DNA from: Malacoraja senta
Lineage: Eukaryota
Reading direction: 5' to 3'
Assembly: GCA_038087875.1 (NCBI GenBank)
Contig: CM075993.1
Span: 5,892,001-5,956,000 of the forward strand
DNA length: 64,000 bases
Shown here: piece after piece, positions 52,127-64,000 of the stretch
How positions within the stretch are numbered: the stretch's first letter is position 1
How the letters are laid out: every line of letters begins with the position of its first letter
Made by a program: the position numbers and the translations under genes
The notes under the pieces: generated by a model
Databases searched by the model: none
Seen by the model: only the letters and a program-made list of their open reading frames with translations
Told to the model about the DNA's origin: nothing

Positions 52127-53894
52127 CTGGCAACAGACAGACACATGTCAGCGAGACTACCTCCCCTAGTCCAAGAGTTCTCCCCACCCCGCAAGTCTCT
52201 CCCTCACATCTCAACGCAAACACCTCAGTGGTTCCTTCATACCCACTGATCACCCAATTCTCAAACCTACACCCAAGGCCATGCCTCCCAATTCTGTACA
52301 GCCATTTATTAAAGAGCTTCTGAAAGTCCAAATATATCAATTGATTCACTCCTACCTATTCTGCCTCTTTCAACCTTTAAAGTCTATAACAGATTCATCA
52401 AACCATAACTCTGCACAATTATATTCTTATGTTCCAAGTGCACTGTGACAACTTTTTTAATGATGGATTCCTTGTGGGTCAGGCTAACTGGTCTATCATT
52501 TCCTGCTTTCTGTCTCACTCCTTTTGCAAATGGCGGAGTCATATTTGTTACCTTGCAACGTGTGGGAACTGCTTTAGAGTCCACGGAAGTTTGGAGCGCG
52601 ATAACTTGTGCATCCACAATTTTCAGCACAGCCTTCTTCAAACCTCTGCAACTCAGTTCCCACTTGGCTCTCAGTTCCCACAATAATTTCCCCATTCATT
52701 TTTTTTTTACCAATTCTAATTTCTTTGAACTTATTTTACTTTAGACCTGTTGACCTGTGGGCGGCACAGCGGTAGAGTTTCTGCCTTACAGTGCCAGAGA
52801 CCCGAGTTTGATCCTGACTACGGGTGCTGTCTGTACAGAGTCTTCCTGTGACCTGCGTGGGTTTTGTCCCTTTCCTCCCACACTCCAAAGACGTATAGTT
52901 TTGTAGGTTAATTGGCCTCAGTAAAATTCTCCCTAGTGTGTAGCATTAGCGAACCTTACAGCGAATGCAGCGCCGGTGACCCGGGTTCAATCCCGACTAC
53001 GGGTGCTGTCTGTACGGAGTTCAAGTTTCTAGAGAGCTTATTGTCATGTGTCCCAGATAGGACAATGAAATTCTTGCTTTGCTTCAGCACAACAGAGCAT
53101 AGTAGGCATGAATACAGAACAGATCAGTGTGTCCATATACCATTATATAAATATATACACACATCAATAAATAAAAGATAAAGTGCAAATAAACAGATAA
53201 TGGGCTATTAAGGTTCAGAGTTTTGTTTGAGGAGTTCAATAGCCTGATGGCTGTGGGGAAGCAGCTATTCCTGAACCTGGACGTTGCAGTCTTCAGGCTC
53301 CTGTACCTTCTACCTGAAGGCAGCGGGGAGATGAGTGTGTGGCCAGGATGGTGTGGGTCCTTGATGATGCTGCCAGCCTTTTTGAGGCAGCGACTGCGTT
53401 TGTACGTTCTTCCCGTGACCTGCGCGGGTTTCCTCCGAGATTTCTCCTCCCACACTCCAAAGACGTACCGACAATTTATCGCCTAATTGCAGCAAATGGC
53501 TTCCTGTCATTTGGAGAGGTTGGCGTTCCTGCTGGTTTGCAGAAAGTGGACAACATTCACGGGAGCAGAAACTCTGACCCAGTCGGCGGGTGGAACTGGA
53601 GTAGATAGAGGAGGAAGGGTGGAGTCAAGGCGGGAAGGAACGAGTGAATGGGCTGAAGCAATGGGTCTGGCCCAAGATACCTGTGTGTGGACATTGGACA
53701 GGAGGGCAGGGGACCATGGGGGGTTGGAAGCCCACACGTTTGGGTTGGGAGCTGTGGAAGGACATCTCCCAATGAAATGATGTTCGTAACTGTCTGATGT
53801 TCGGGGGAGATAGGAGGTGGTGTTTGAGGAGGTACAGTATCGAAACAGACCCCTCAGGTCAGTTTGACCAAGTTGACATTCTGGGCTAGCCCCA

Positions 53895-54410
53895 GTTCCC
53901 AGGATGGTGGGACTGTCATATGCTGAGAGAATGGAGCAGCTGGGCTTGTACACTCTGGAGTTTAGAAGGATGAGAGGGCATCTCATTGAAACATGTAAGA
54001 TTGTTAAGGGCTTGGACACGCTAGAGGCAGGAAACATGTTCCCGATGTTGGGGGAGTAAAGAATTAGGGGCCACACAGTTTAAGAATAAGGGGTAAGCCA
54101 TTTAGAACGGAGACGAGGAAACAGTTTTTCTCACAGAGTGGTGAGTCTGTGGAATTCTCTGAGGCAGAGAATTCCACAGACTCACCATTCTCTTTGAGAA
54201 AAACTGTTTCCTCGTCTCCGAGGGCGGTGGAGGCAGATTCTCTGGATGCTTTCAAGAGAGAGCTAGATAGGGCTCTTAAAAAATAGCGGAGTCAGGGGAT
54301 ATGGGGAGAAGGCAGGAACGTGGTACTGATTGGGGATGATCAGCCATGATCACATTGAATGGCGGTGCTGGCTCAAAGGGCCGAATGGCCTACTCCTGCA
54401 CCTATTGTCA
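53895..54410 (+). mobile_element. CR1 LINE 3' end (same family also at ~45308-45678(-), 55958-56375, 56833-57207, 60346-60705(-), 60740-61118, 5310-5590(-))
   Basis: Near-identical to the 7790-8185 and 17981-18467 copies; includes a small internal inverted duplication at ~54160-54220. Confidence 0.9.
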
Positions 54411-54627
54411 GTTACCTGCAGTTGGCCCATAGCCCTCCAAACCCTCCTAATCTATGACTGTTCAAAGATATGGTGTCCAATGACCTAGGCCCCCCTCCCC
54501 AATGCCTCAGCCCCACCCCACACTCTCCCTTCCTCTCCCACCTCCATGGTTGGGCAGCAGACCACCCGTGGGCCTGGTGGCATGAACCCTAGGGTGCCCC
54601 AGGGTGCTTGTTGAGGCACTGACCCAC

Positions 54628-54797
54628 CTGCTTGGCCTTGGACACCAGGATCTTCAGATGCTCCATGGACAGGTCCTGGTCACTGCCCAGAATTTCCAGA
54701 CAGTCGGCAAACTGGTCGTCTGCCATCCCAGCGAGCTGGCTGCTGCTCCAGGCGGCGGGGAAGGTCGCCTTGATGTCAATGCAGTCGGGGCTGCCGT
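54628..54797 (-). CDS. STRC: Stereocilin coding exon
   Basis: tctag|(D)GSPDCIDIKATFPAAWSSSQLAGMADDQFADCLEILGSDQDLSMEHLKILVSKAKQ|gtgggt; TFPAAWS and KAKQ as in mammalian STRC; 170 bp. Confidence 0.93.
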
Positions 54798-56480
54798 CTA
54801 GACGGGGGGGCAAAGCAAACGTGAGGTTCACCTTTTTAGGCTTTAGAGATGCAGTGTGGAAACAGGCCCTACAGCCCACCGAGTCCACGCCAACCAGCGA
54901 TCACCCCCGCACACTAACACTGTCCTGCACACACATACACACTAGGGATAATTTACGATCTTTACCGAACCCAATTAACCGACAAACCTGGAGTGTGGGA
55001 GGAAACCTGAGCCCCCAGAGAAAGCCCACACGATCACAGGGAGAACGTACAAACTCCGTACGGACAGCACCCGCAGTCAGGATCGAACCCAGGTTTCAGG
55101 CCCTACAAGGCAGCAACTCTACTGCTGCGCCACAGTGCAGTCCCAGTACTTAGGAGACATTCAGCAGTTTGGATATCTTTCCTCGCCTAAACAAACAACA
55201 GCCACGGTATCAGCAACACCATTCCTGGAACGAGCTGCCAGAAGATGATATGGAAGCCACCACAATTATGACATTTACATAGATGCAGGAGGAGGCCATT
55301 TGGCCCTTCGAGCCAGCACCGCCATTCATTGTGATCATGGCTGATCGTCCCCTATCAATAACCCGTGCCTGCCTTCTCCCCATATCCTTTGACTCCACTA
55401 GCCCCTAGAGCTCTATCTAACTCTCTTAAATATCTAACTCTCTCTTTTAAAAGACATTTGGACAGATGTAGGGATAGGAAGGGTTTAGAGGGCTGTGGGC
55501 CAAATGCAGGCAAATGGGACAAGCCCTGTGTGCCAATCTGGTTGGCATGGCCAAGGTGGGTGCTTTACAGTGCTAGGACTAGGTGTGGCTTGATTGCCCA
55601 TGTGTGATGTGATTGGACTTACTGTGCGGCACAGTGGTGCAGCGGTAGAGTTGCTGTCTTACAGCTCCAGAGACCCGGGTTCGATCCTGACCACAGCTGC
55701 TGTCTGCACAGAGTTTGCACGTTCTCCCCGTGACCGCGTGGGTTTTCTCCGGGTGCTCAACTTTCCTCCCACACGCCAAAAACGTCCAGGTTTGTAGGTT
55801 CATTGGCTACGGCAAGTTGGAAAATAGTCCCTGGCATGTGTAGGATAGTGCTAGTGTGGTGGCTGGTCGGCACAGACTATGTGGGCCGAAGGGCCTGTTT
55901 CCACGTCATATCTCCAAAGTAGACTCTAAAGACTGGAAAGCAGACTTTAGATTTTATACTGTATACTCTGGAATTTAGAAGGATGAGAGGGCATCTTATT
56001 GAAACATAGAAGATTGTTAAGGGCTTGGACACGCTAGAGGCAGGAAACATGTTCCCGATGTTGGGGGAGTCCAGAACCAGGGGCCACAGTTTAAGAATAA
56101 GGGGTGGGCCATTTAGAATGGAAATGATGAAAAACTTTTTCACCCAGAGAGTTGTGAGTCTGTGGAATTCTCTGCCTCAGAGGGCAGTGGAGGCCAATTC
56201 TCTGGATGCTTCCAAGAGAGAGTTAGATAGAGCTCTTAAAGATAGCGGAGTCAGAGGATATGGGGAGAAGGCAGGAACAGGGTACTGATTGTGGATGATC
56301 AGTCATGATCATAGTGAATGGCGGTACTGGCTCGAAGGGCCGAATGGCCTGCTCCTGCACCTATTGTCTATTGTCACAAAGGTATTCCCGTAACAATAAC
56401 AAACCACAACCGATACCAAAACTCTTCCGCGCATCGCAGCCCCAACCCATTGCCAGCGCTGGATCCAGCTGCCCACTGAC

Positions 56481-56658
56481 CTCGGCGCCGTTTCACGATG
56501 CTCTTGATGGCGCTCACGGCCAGGCTCTGCTTCTTGCTGAGGAGGGAGGCACTCGCCGAGTGGCTCTGCTGCCCCCGGCAGAGTCTGCCCACCTCGCCTC
56601 GCCCCCACCGGCCCTCGCCACGCACCACCAGCTCCACCGTCTCCGGGATCAGCACCTC
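56481..56658 (-). CDS. STRC: Stereocilin coding exon
   Basis: ggcag|EVLIPETVELVVRGEGRWGRGEVGRLCRGQQ...KKQSLAVSAIKSIVKRRR G|gtcagt; 178 bp. Confidence 0.87.
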
Positions 56659-57989
56659 CTGCCGGGAGCAGGGAAAGGGGGAAGACAGTCACAGGGGGAG
56701 ACAATCCAAACGCGTACCACACCTGCCCACTGACTTCACAACGTCAGCGTGGACAGCATGGACAACGTGGGCCGAAGGGCCTGTCCGTGCTGCAGTTGGG
56801 TACCACCAAGACCTCAGAGGGCGAGGGAGTTTCATCTCATTGAAACATATAAGATTGTTAAGGGCTTGGACACGCTAGAGGCAGGAAACATGTTCCCGAT
56901 GTTGGGGGAGTCCAGAACCAGGGGCCACACAGTTTAAGAATAAGGAGTAAGCCATTTAGAACGGAGATGAGGAAACACTTTTTCTCACAGAGAGTGGTGA
57001 GTCTGTAGAATTCTCTGCCTCAGAGGGTGGTAGAGGCAGGTTCTCTGGATGCTTTCAAGAGAGAGATAGATAGGGCTCTTAAAAATAGTGGATATGGGGA
57101 GAAGGCAGGAATGGGGTACTGATTGGGGATGATTAGCCATGATCACATTGAATGGCGGTGCTGGCTCGAAGGGCCGAATGGCCTACTCCTGCACCTATTG
57201 TCTATTGAGTTGGAGGAGTTCACAGCAGCTGGGTCGGGGACAGTGGAACAACAGGGAAGCATTTAGAAACAGGGACAAGAATTTTTGACATGTTGCCATT
57301 CAAGAGCCACTCTCAGGCTAAACACCACTGCTGGCAAAGGAAGCATTTACTGACCATCCCAAGATACCCATGGCGAGCTAGTGGTGAGATACTTATTTGA
57401 ACCGCTGCATTCCCCCTGGGGAAGGTCACCCATGGTGTGGATTAGTTCAGTTTAGAGATACAGCATGGAATCAGGCCCTTCGGCCCATCGTGTCCACGCC
57501 AACCACCGATCACCCCTTCACACTGCTCCTATGTTATCCCACTCTCTCATCCACTCCCTACTCACTGAAGGGCCATTCGCAGAGGGCCAATTAACCTGCA
57601 AATGTGCACGTCTTTGGGACGTGGGAGGAAACCGGAGCACCCAGAGGAAACCCATGCGGTCACAGGGAGAACGTGCAAACTCCTCACAGACAGCACCCCG
57701 AGATCAGGGTGGAACCTGGGTCCCTGGCGCCGTAAGGCAGCAGCTCTACCCGCTGCGCCACCGTGCTGCTCTGTTCTAGGGCGGGGAGTTCTCCGATGTA
57801 GATCCAGTGACAATGAAGGAATCACATCAGGACGAAGGTTTCCGAAATGCCGCGGAAGATGTGCAGTTGCGTCTTGTGGAGGAAGCGGGTGGAATCCCAG
57901 ACAAGTCTACTCGATGTCCAGAGGTGGGATGCAGAAATGTGGCGGCCTTTCTCGCGTTCCTCACTGTCCCCGGTCTCCGAGACCCCTAC

Positions 57990-58080
57990 CTGTGGCAGTC
58001 TGTGTATGTCCTCGGGCAGGAGGGTGAAGGCAAGTCGGTCCACAAACTCCATCTGCTGCAGGTTCCAGCCAGAGGCATCC
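57990..58080 (-). CDS. STRC: Stereocilin coding exon
   Basis: ctgcag|G DASGWNLQQMEFVDRLAFTLLPEDIHRLPQ|gtaggg; 91 bp; phases fit both neighbours. Confidence 0.88.
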
Positions 58081-58122
58081 CTGCAGATCAAACAGCACAA
58101 CATTCACATTTCATCAGACCAA

Positions 58123-58349
58123 AGGGCCTGTCCCACTTTCACGACCTAATTCACAACCATTTTTACTCATGGACATTTTTCATCATGTTGAAAAAACGCC
58201 CCGACCTACTTGATGCCATGAGTACCTACGACCAGCATGACGGCCTGCTACGACCTACCTACGACCTCGTGACGACCATGCTGCGAGTATGAGTCAAGGG
58301 CAAACTCGGCAGAGGTCGTGAATTAGGTCGTGGAAGTAGGACAGGCCCT
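58123..58349. mobile_element. PIF/Harbinger-like MITE (also 59800-59977, 17912-18698, and partial copies near 28150, 30025, 36210, 37700)
   Basis: Extended TIR agggcctgtcccactttcacgacctaattcac / gtgaattaggtcgtggaagtaggacaggccct. Confidence 0.82.
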
Positions 58350-58787
58350 TAATCCCTCCATGATCGCACACTCGATCATTCCAATCTCCACCTGCCCTGC
58401 AACCTCAAGATCTCCCCCCAATTCTGGCCTCTTGTCCATCACCAAATGTAACCAAAACACAAAGTGTTGGAAGAACTCAGTGGGTCAGTGGGCGGCACGG
58501 TGGCGCAGCGGTAGAGTTGCTGCCTCACAGCGCCAGAGACCCCGGTTCGATCCTGATTATGGGTGCTGTCTGTACGGAGTCTGTATGTTCTCCCCGTGAC
58601 CTGCGTGGGTTTTCTCCGGGAGCTCCGGTTTCCACCCCCCACCCTTCAAAGACGTGCAGGTTTGTAGGTTGATTGGCTTCAATAAAAAATAGTAAATTGT
58701 CCCTCGTGTGTAGGACAGTGTTGGTGTGCAGGGGATCGCTGGTTGGCGCGGACTCGGTGTGAAGCCCCTTTATTACAGTGTGAAGAC

Positions 58788-59183
58788 CAAAGATCCTATA
58801 GCGAGCAAGATAGCCCACTCGACGAAAAAGACGTAGTACGGTCACGGGCAGATTCACGGGTAATTTCGGCCCCATTTACGTAACCGGCTTCCGTCTCCGC
58901 ACCAAAGATCCCGTCATAGCGGAGCAAAGATACTAGTGCGGAGACGGAAGCCGGTTACGGAAACATCCTCGTAAAAATAAAAGTTCTTTGGTAAAAATCT
59001 TCTCCTCATTTTCAGAATTATAATTTATTAACACAAACTGTTCCCCCGCAACGTTGATTACACTGCGGGTCGGGTCGGGTCAGGTCGGGTTACTGAAATG
59101 GATGAAAAAAAGGCCCACGTACTACACGACAGCCCGTTGCATGTAGAAGGAGTGGTCTATTTTGCTCCGCGATAGGATCTTTG
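58788..59183. mobile_element. Non-autonomous DNA transposon with 8-bp TSD (P or hAT superfamily)
   Basis: TIR CAAAGATCCTAT.GCG / CGC.ATAGGATCTTTG; perfect TSD GTGAAGAC at 58780-58787 and 59184-59191. Confidence 0.85.
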
Positions 59184-60061
59184 GTGAAGACTGCAATAAA
59201 TGGCAGAGAGTTGTGGATGCAGCCAAGTCCAGCACACAGAACAGCCTAAACAATGTCGACTCCCTCTACACTTCACGCTGCCTCGGGAAAGCAGCCAACA
59301 TAATCGAGGACCACTCCCACCCATTCATCCCATCTTCTCCCCGCTCCCATCGGCAGAAGATGCAGAAGCTTGAAAGCGCATACCACCAGATTCAGTGGCA
59401 ACTTCATCCCCACTGTAATCAGCCTACTCATCAGCTAGGGTGTAGTCCCAATCTTCCAACCTACCTCATTGCGCACCATGAACCTTTTTCTTTATAACTG
59501 TAACACTATATTTCTCACACTGACATTTTTCCCTTTGCATCAACTATTGTACATGGATGGCAAGATTGTACTCATGCATAGTATGATTAGCTAGCATGTA
59601 AACAAAGCTTCACTTTATCTTGGTATACATGGCATTAATAAACCAATACAGGAGGAAGGCTTTATTTAACGTCTGTGGTACTGCCTTGCCCTTCTCAATC
59701 CCAGCCCATTGTCTTTGAGACTGGGACCTGCTCTGATGTGGACATCAGCTGCATCAGGCTAGTCAGCCACGAGGGGGAGGGGTCACAGCCGAACTCTAAA
59801 GGGCCTGTCCCACTTAGGCAATTTTTTTAGGCGACTGCCGAAAAAAATGTCAACATGTTGAAAAAATTTCGGCAACAATTTTTGCTGTCGTAGGTTGTCG
59901 CCAGGTGTCGTAGGTGAATTCCATTGAAACTAGTCCCTGGCAGCCGCCTAAAGAGCCGCCTAAGTGGGACAGGCCCTTGATCTTCTTCAGGTGCAATGCA
60001 TTGGGGGTGGTGGGGTGAGACGCATTTAATTGCAATTCCACTCCTTATTTTGCGAACCTAC

Positions 60062-60261
60062 CCCAGAACATCCGTCTTGGTGAGCATCCAACCAAACGAC
60101 TTGCTGTTTTGCTCGGGGATGCAGTAAGCCTTGATCTCGTCCAGACGGAGCAGCAGATCAGGTTGATTGATTTGCCTGACCTTCCCTTCTTCGACGAAGG
60201 TGACAAGCGGCCCAAGGCTGTCCAGAACCTCACCCGAAACCTCACCCTCTTCTCCGACCCC
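60062..60261 (-). CDS. STRC: Stereocilin coding exon
   Basis: gatag|GVGEEGEVSGEVLDSLGPLVTFVEEGKVRQINQPDLLLRLDEIKAYCIPEQNSKSFGWMLTKTDVL(G)|gtaggt; resembles mammalian STRC VSGEVLETLGPLV; 200 bp. Confidence 0.9.
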
Positions 60262-61489
60262 CTATCAACAAGAACACAGCCACTTCAGTCAACAACTCTA
60301 TTACCTTTAGTAAGGGTTTAGTTTAGGGATACAGCATAGAAACAGACAATAGACAATAGACAATAGGTGCAGGAGTAGGCCATTCGGCCCTTCGAGCCAG
60401 CACCGCCATTCAATGTGATCATGGCTGATCATCCCCAATCAGTACCCCGTTCCTGCCTTCTCCCCATATCCCTTGACCGCTATCTTTAAGAGCCCTATCT
60501 AGCTCTCTCTTGAAAGCATCCAGAGAACCGGCCTCCACCGCCCTCTGAGGCAGAGAATTTCACAGACTCACCACTCTCTGTGAGAAATAGTGTTTCCTCA
60601 TCTCCGTTCTAAATGGCTTACTCCTTACTCTTAAACTGTGGCCCCTGGTTCTGGACTCCCCCAACATCGGGAACATGTTTCCTGCCTCTAGCGTGTCCAA
60701 GCCCTTTCGGCGACTGCCAGGGACTAGTTGTAACAGCATGGATCTTATAGAAACATATCATATTCTTAAAGGATTGGACAGGCTAGATGCAGGAAAAATG
60801 GTCCCCGATGTTGGGGGTGTCCTGAACCAGGGGTCACAGTTTAACAATAAGGGGTAGGCCATTTATGACAGATGAGGAAAAAGATTTTTACCCAGAGATC
60901 TGTGTGGATCTGTGGAATTCTTTGCCACAGAAGGCCGTGGAGGCCAATTCACTGTATGTTTTCAAGAGAGAGTTAGATTGGGCTAACGGAATCAAGGGAT
61001 ATGGGGATAAAGCAGGAATGGGGTACTGATTTTAGATGATCAGCCATGATCATATTGAATGGCGGTGCTGGTTCGAAGGGCCAAATGGCCTACTCCTGCA
61101 CCTATTTTTCTATGTTTCCAAACGGGCCCTTCGGCCCACTGAGTCCAGGCCGACTATTGATCATCTGTTCACACGAGTGAGTCATTGCACCTCCCATCAT
61201 TGGAAACCTCTGAGCTTTCTTTAGTCAGAAGATAGACACAAAGTGCTGGAATAACTCAGCAGGTCAGACAGCATCTCTGGAGAAAAGGAATAGGTGACGT
61301 TCGGTCATCTAAAAGACTTCTTTCAGTCGGAAGAAGAGGTTCCAACCCGAAACGTCACGGATCCATGTTCTCCAGACATGCTGCCTGACCCGCTGAGCTA
61401 CTCCAGCATGTTGCGTCTATCTTCAGTATAAACCAGCATCTGTAGTTCCTTCCTACACCTTTAGTTGGACTTTATTGGACTACAGTGTT

Positions 61490-62392
61490 ATAGGGAGGTT
61501 GCAGGGCAGTCGGGTCACGACACATGACCCACACTGTTGCTACGCTACGCCAACTGGAGTACACGCGAAGAACTGCAGGTAAGCACTGACCGTTGTTTCC
61601 AGCGTAGCGGGCCCGTTAAAACCCGCCGAAATTGTCCATTTTTGCGCTGTAAATAATTATGGAAATCGGGATAAGCGTGAGAGACATTTAGCCTACTTCA
61701 GAATTCCAAAAGTGGGGAGAAATGACGGTAGATAGAAGCGAGAGCTGAAGGGACAACAACAGCCAGAGTGCTTGGCGAACATTGGCCGTTTGCTCACTGC
61801 ATTTCATCAACAGAAATGTATTATTTGTGTTTTTTTTTTATTCCTTTGGCATCTAAAAAGTTTCAGAAGGGATAAATCTGGCTGTAACATTTTAAAATCG
61901 CCCATGGTTCTCAAGTGGGTTTTTACATACAAAAAGAAAACGTCGTTGAAGCAAAATTTACAGCCAGATTTATCACTTCTGAGACTTTTTAGATACCAAA
62001 GGAATCAAGAAAAAACCCAAATAATGGCTTACTGTTGATGAAATGCAGTGAGCAAACGCAATAAATCCCAATATTTTCAATTCCGATATCTGCACGGCCA
62101 ATGTTCACCAAGCACTTTAGCTGTTGTTGTCCCTTCAGCTCTCGCTTCTTTTTACCTTCATTTCGCTTCACTTTTGGCATTCTGAAGTTGGGTACATGTC
62201 TCTCACGCTTACCCCGACTTCCACAATTTTTACAGCACAAAAATTCAACATTTTGGCAGTTTTTAACAGGTAGGAAAATATGCGTTTCATGTATTAACGA
62301 CATATACCGGAAGCTGCAATGTCCTCCAGATGGATTGAGCGGGTCCGTGCGTCAAGCCCTATGACCCTGTGACCTTACGTGCAACCCCCTAT
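61490..62392. mobile_element. Foldback-type palindromic non-autonomous DNA element
   Basis: Termini (ata)GGGAGGTTGCA / TGCAACCCCC(tat) and several nested internal inverted blocks. Confidence 0.72.
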
Positions 62393-62892
62393 ATCTTTGC
62401 ACTAAATGTTGTGAAGGTTGTCTTTGCACTGTGGATGGATTGATTGTACAGTTCGTTTTAAACTGGAAAGCATGCAAACATAAGGGGCGGCATGGTGGCG
62501 CAGCGGTAGAGCTGCTGCCTTCCAGTACCAGAGACCTGGGTTCGATCCTGACTATGGGTGCTGTCTGTAAGGAGTTTGTACATTCTCCCCGTGACCTGTA
62601 TGGGATTTTTTTCCCAATATCTTCGGTTTCCTCCCACACTGCAAAGACCCACAGGTTTGTAAGTTAATTGGCTTGGTATAAATGTAAAATTGTCCCTAGT
62701 GTGCGTGTGTTGGATAGTGGTAACGTGCGGGGATCGCAGGTCGGTGCGGACACGGTGGGCCGAAGGGCCGCTGCATCTCAAAACGAAAGTAGAAAAACGA
62801 AAAGCTGTATCTCGGTGCACGTGACAATAATAAACAGACAAACATAAGTGGGAAGGAAGTTTCCAAGAAAGGACACGATGGGAGGACAGTAC

Positions 62893-63028
62893 CAGGAGCT
62901 GGAGGGCCCGCTCCGCCAGGTAGCCGCGTTTATGGGGCAGGAGAGCCAGCAGGTGAACGGCGTGTGTCGTCAAGTGATGGAGGACCGCTCTCATGGAGTC
63001 GTTGGGAAGAGCGTCCAAGATTCTCACA
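62893..63028 (-). CDS. STRC: Stereocilin coding exon (most 5' exon seen in the window; gene continues to the right)
   Basis: tttcag|T VRILDALPNDSMRAVLHHLTTHAVHLLALLPHKRGYLAERALQLL|gtactg; 136 bp; phase 0 into the next exon. Confidence 0.85.
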
Positions 63029-63299
63029 CTGAAAGCAAAAAGAAATGGGGAGGAGAGAGAATTAATCAGCTGTGGATGGAACGCCCAAGCAGGATCCACA
63101 GCAAACTGGGTGACCACCGAGATCAGATCAAACCCACAACCTCGGGCATTTTCCGATCCCAGGATTAGTGGGTCCACCTCGACCCGAGACACCAGCTCAC
63201 AGATCCGAGCATCCGTGCACAGACTTCACCAACCTAGTGACGCTCTCTCAGCACCACCAAGGAGTGTTGGCCGATTGGAGGCACCATCTGCCAGAACTG

Positions 63300-63818
63300 G
63301 TCTCCGTATACATTTAGAAAAAATCAGGAGTGACATTGTTGAACCCTTGGTTAAATTTGATAGGACTTGGGCAAGATTTATTCAACATTTTCACACAACA
63401 TAAATTGTCCCCTCTCCAACCGTTATAATAATTCTTTTACCTTTATACGGTGGAACGGACTTGATGACAAACAGGGACTTAAATTGTTGACATTTTTTGC
63501 AGCTCAGATTCTGTTTTGCTTTTTTTTTCTAGTTTAGGGGGGTTTTGTTTTTTCCTTTTTTCTCTTTTTTTTCTTTTTCTCTTTTTGTTTTTTTTATATA
63601 AGTTTTCTTTTAAACATTTACCTATATTTACATGGAGACCGGGATATTCATTGTGTATTTTGACACTGGACTCATATTTAGGTTATACCTGTTATTAATG
63701 TAATCCTGATCCCTATGTATCAATATCATTGTTATGTTTATCATTATTCCTTTTGTTGATGTTTTGTTTTTGTTTTTGAAAAAAAACTAATAAAAAGATT
63801 TTAAAAGAAAGAAAGAAT
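63300..63818 (+). mobile_element. L1/Tx1-like LINE 3' end
   Basis: IHLEKIRSDIVEPLVKFDRTWARFIQHF*, T-rich UTR, aataaa and A/(GAAA)n tail. Confidence 0.6.
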
Positions 63819-64000
63819 TGGTCTCACACTAGGCTGAGCTCCCAACTTCTCGATAGAGTTGGACTAAAAGATCCCATGGACCTATTTTACAGGGAGGCAC
63901 GGGGAGATTTCCGCCCACCAAAGACCCTGGTCGCAATCACTAGTTACATTGTTGTATTATTGATTATGGGAGCCTTCATGTGGGAATTTCCTGCCGAGCG

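Noticed and set aside
53470..53890. Minus-strand open frame within the 53507-54076 ORF as an extra STRC exon
   Set aside because: The flanking STRC exons (54628 and 52126) already join in phase and continuously (KAKQ|LYGP); the ORF start is CR1-derived.

Overview
Repeat-dense vertebrate genomic DNA. The repeat families (V-SINE/HE1-type SINE, CR1, Rex-Babar-like, Penelope-like) point to an elasmobranch, probably a skate or ray; this is inference. Three genes can be read from the sequence. (1) Mitochondrial creatine kinase of the ubiquitous CKMT1 type on the + strand: 7 coding exons at 11039-28852, with the last two expected exons not visible and probably lost in the 200-N gap at 30095-30294. 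(2) The last 11 coding exons of stereocilin (STRC) on the - strand at 63028-42796, convergent with CKMT1 as in the known mammalian CKMT1-STRC block. (3) Between them, a class-A orphan GPCR with an intronless CDS, GPR161/GPR101-like, on the - strand from 31499 to the gap, broken by two single-base frameshifts. A single-base loss also affects CKMT1 exon 3, so these look like homopolymer assembly errors rather than pseudogenisation. The most abundant short repeat is the 3' terminus of a Penelope-like element carrying a minimal hammerhead-ribozyme-like core, often inserted as short hairpins with 10-15 bp target-site duplications. Several MITE/DNA-transposon families with visible TIRs and TSDs, a probable solo LTR and long simple repeats are also present. 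All calls were made by eye and comparisons to known proteins are from memory; no searches were run.
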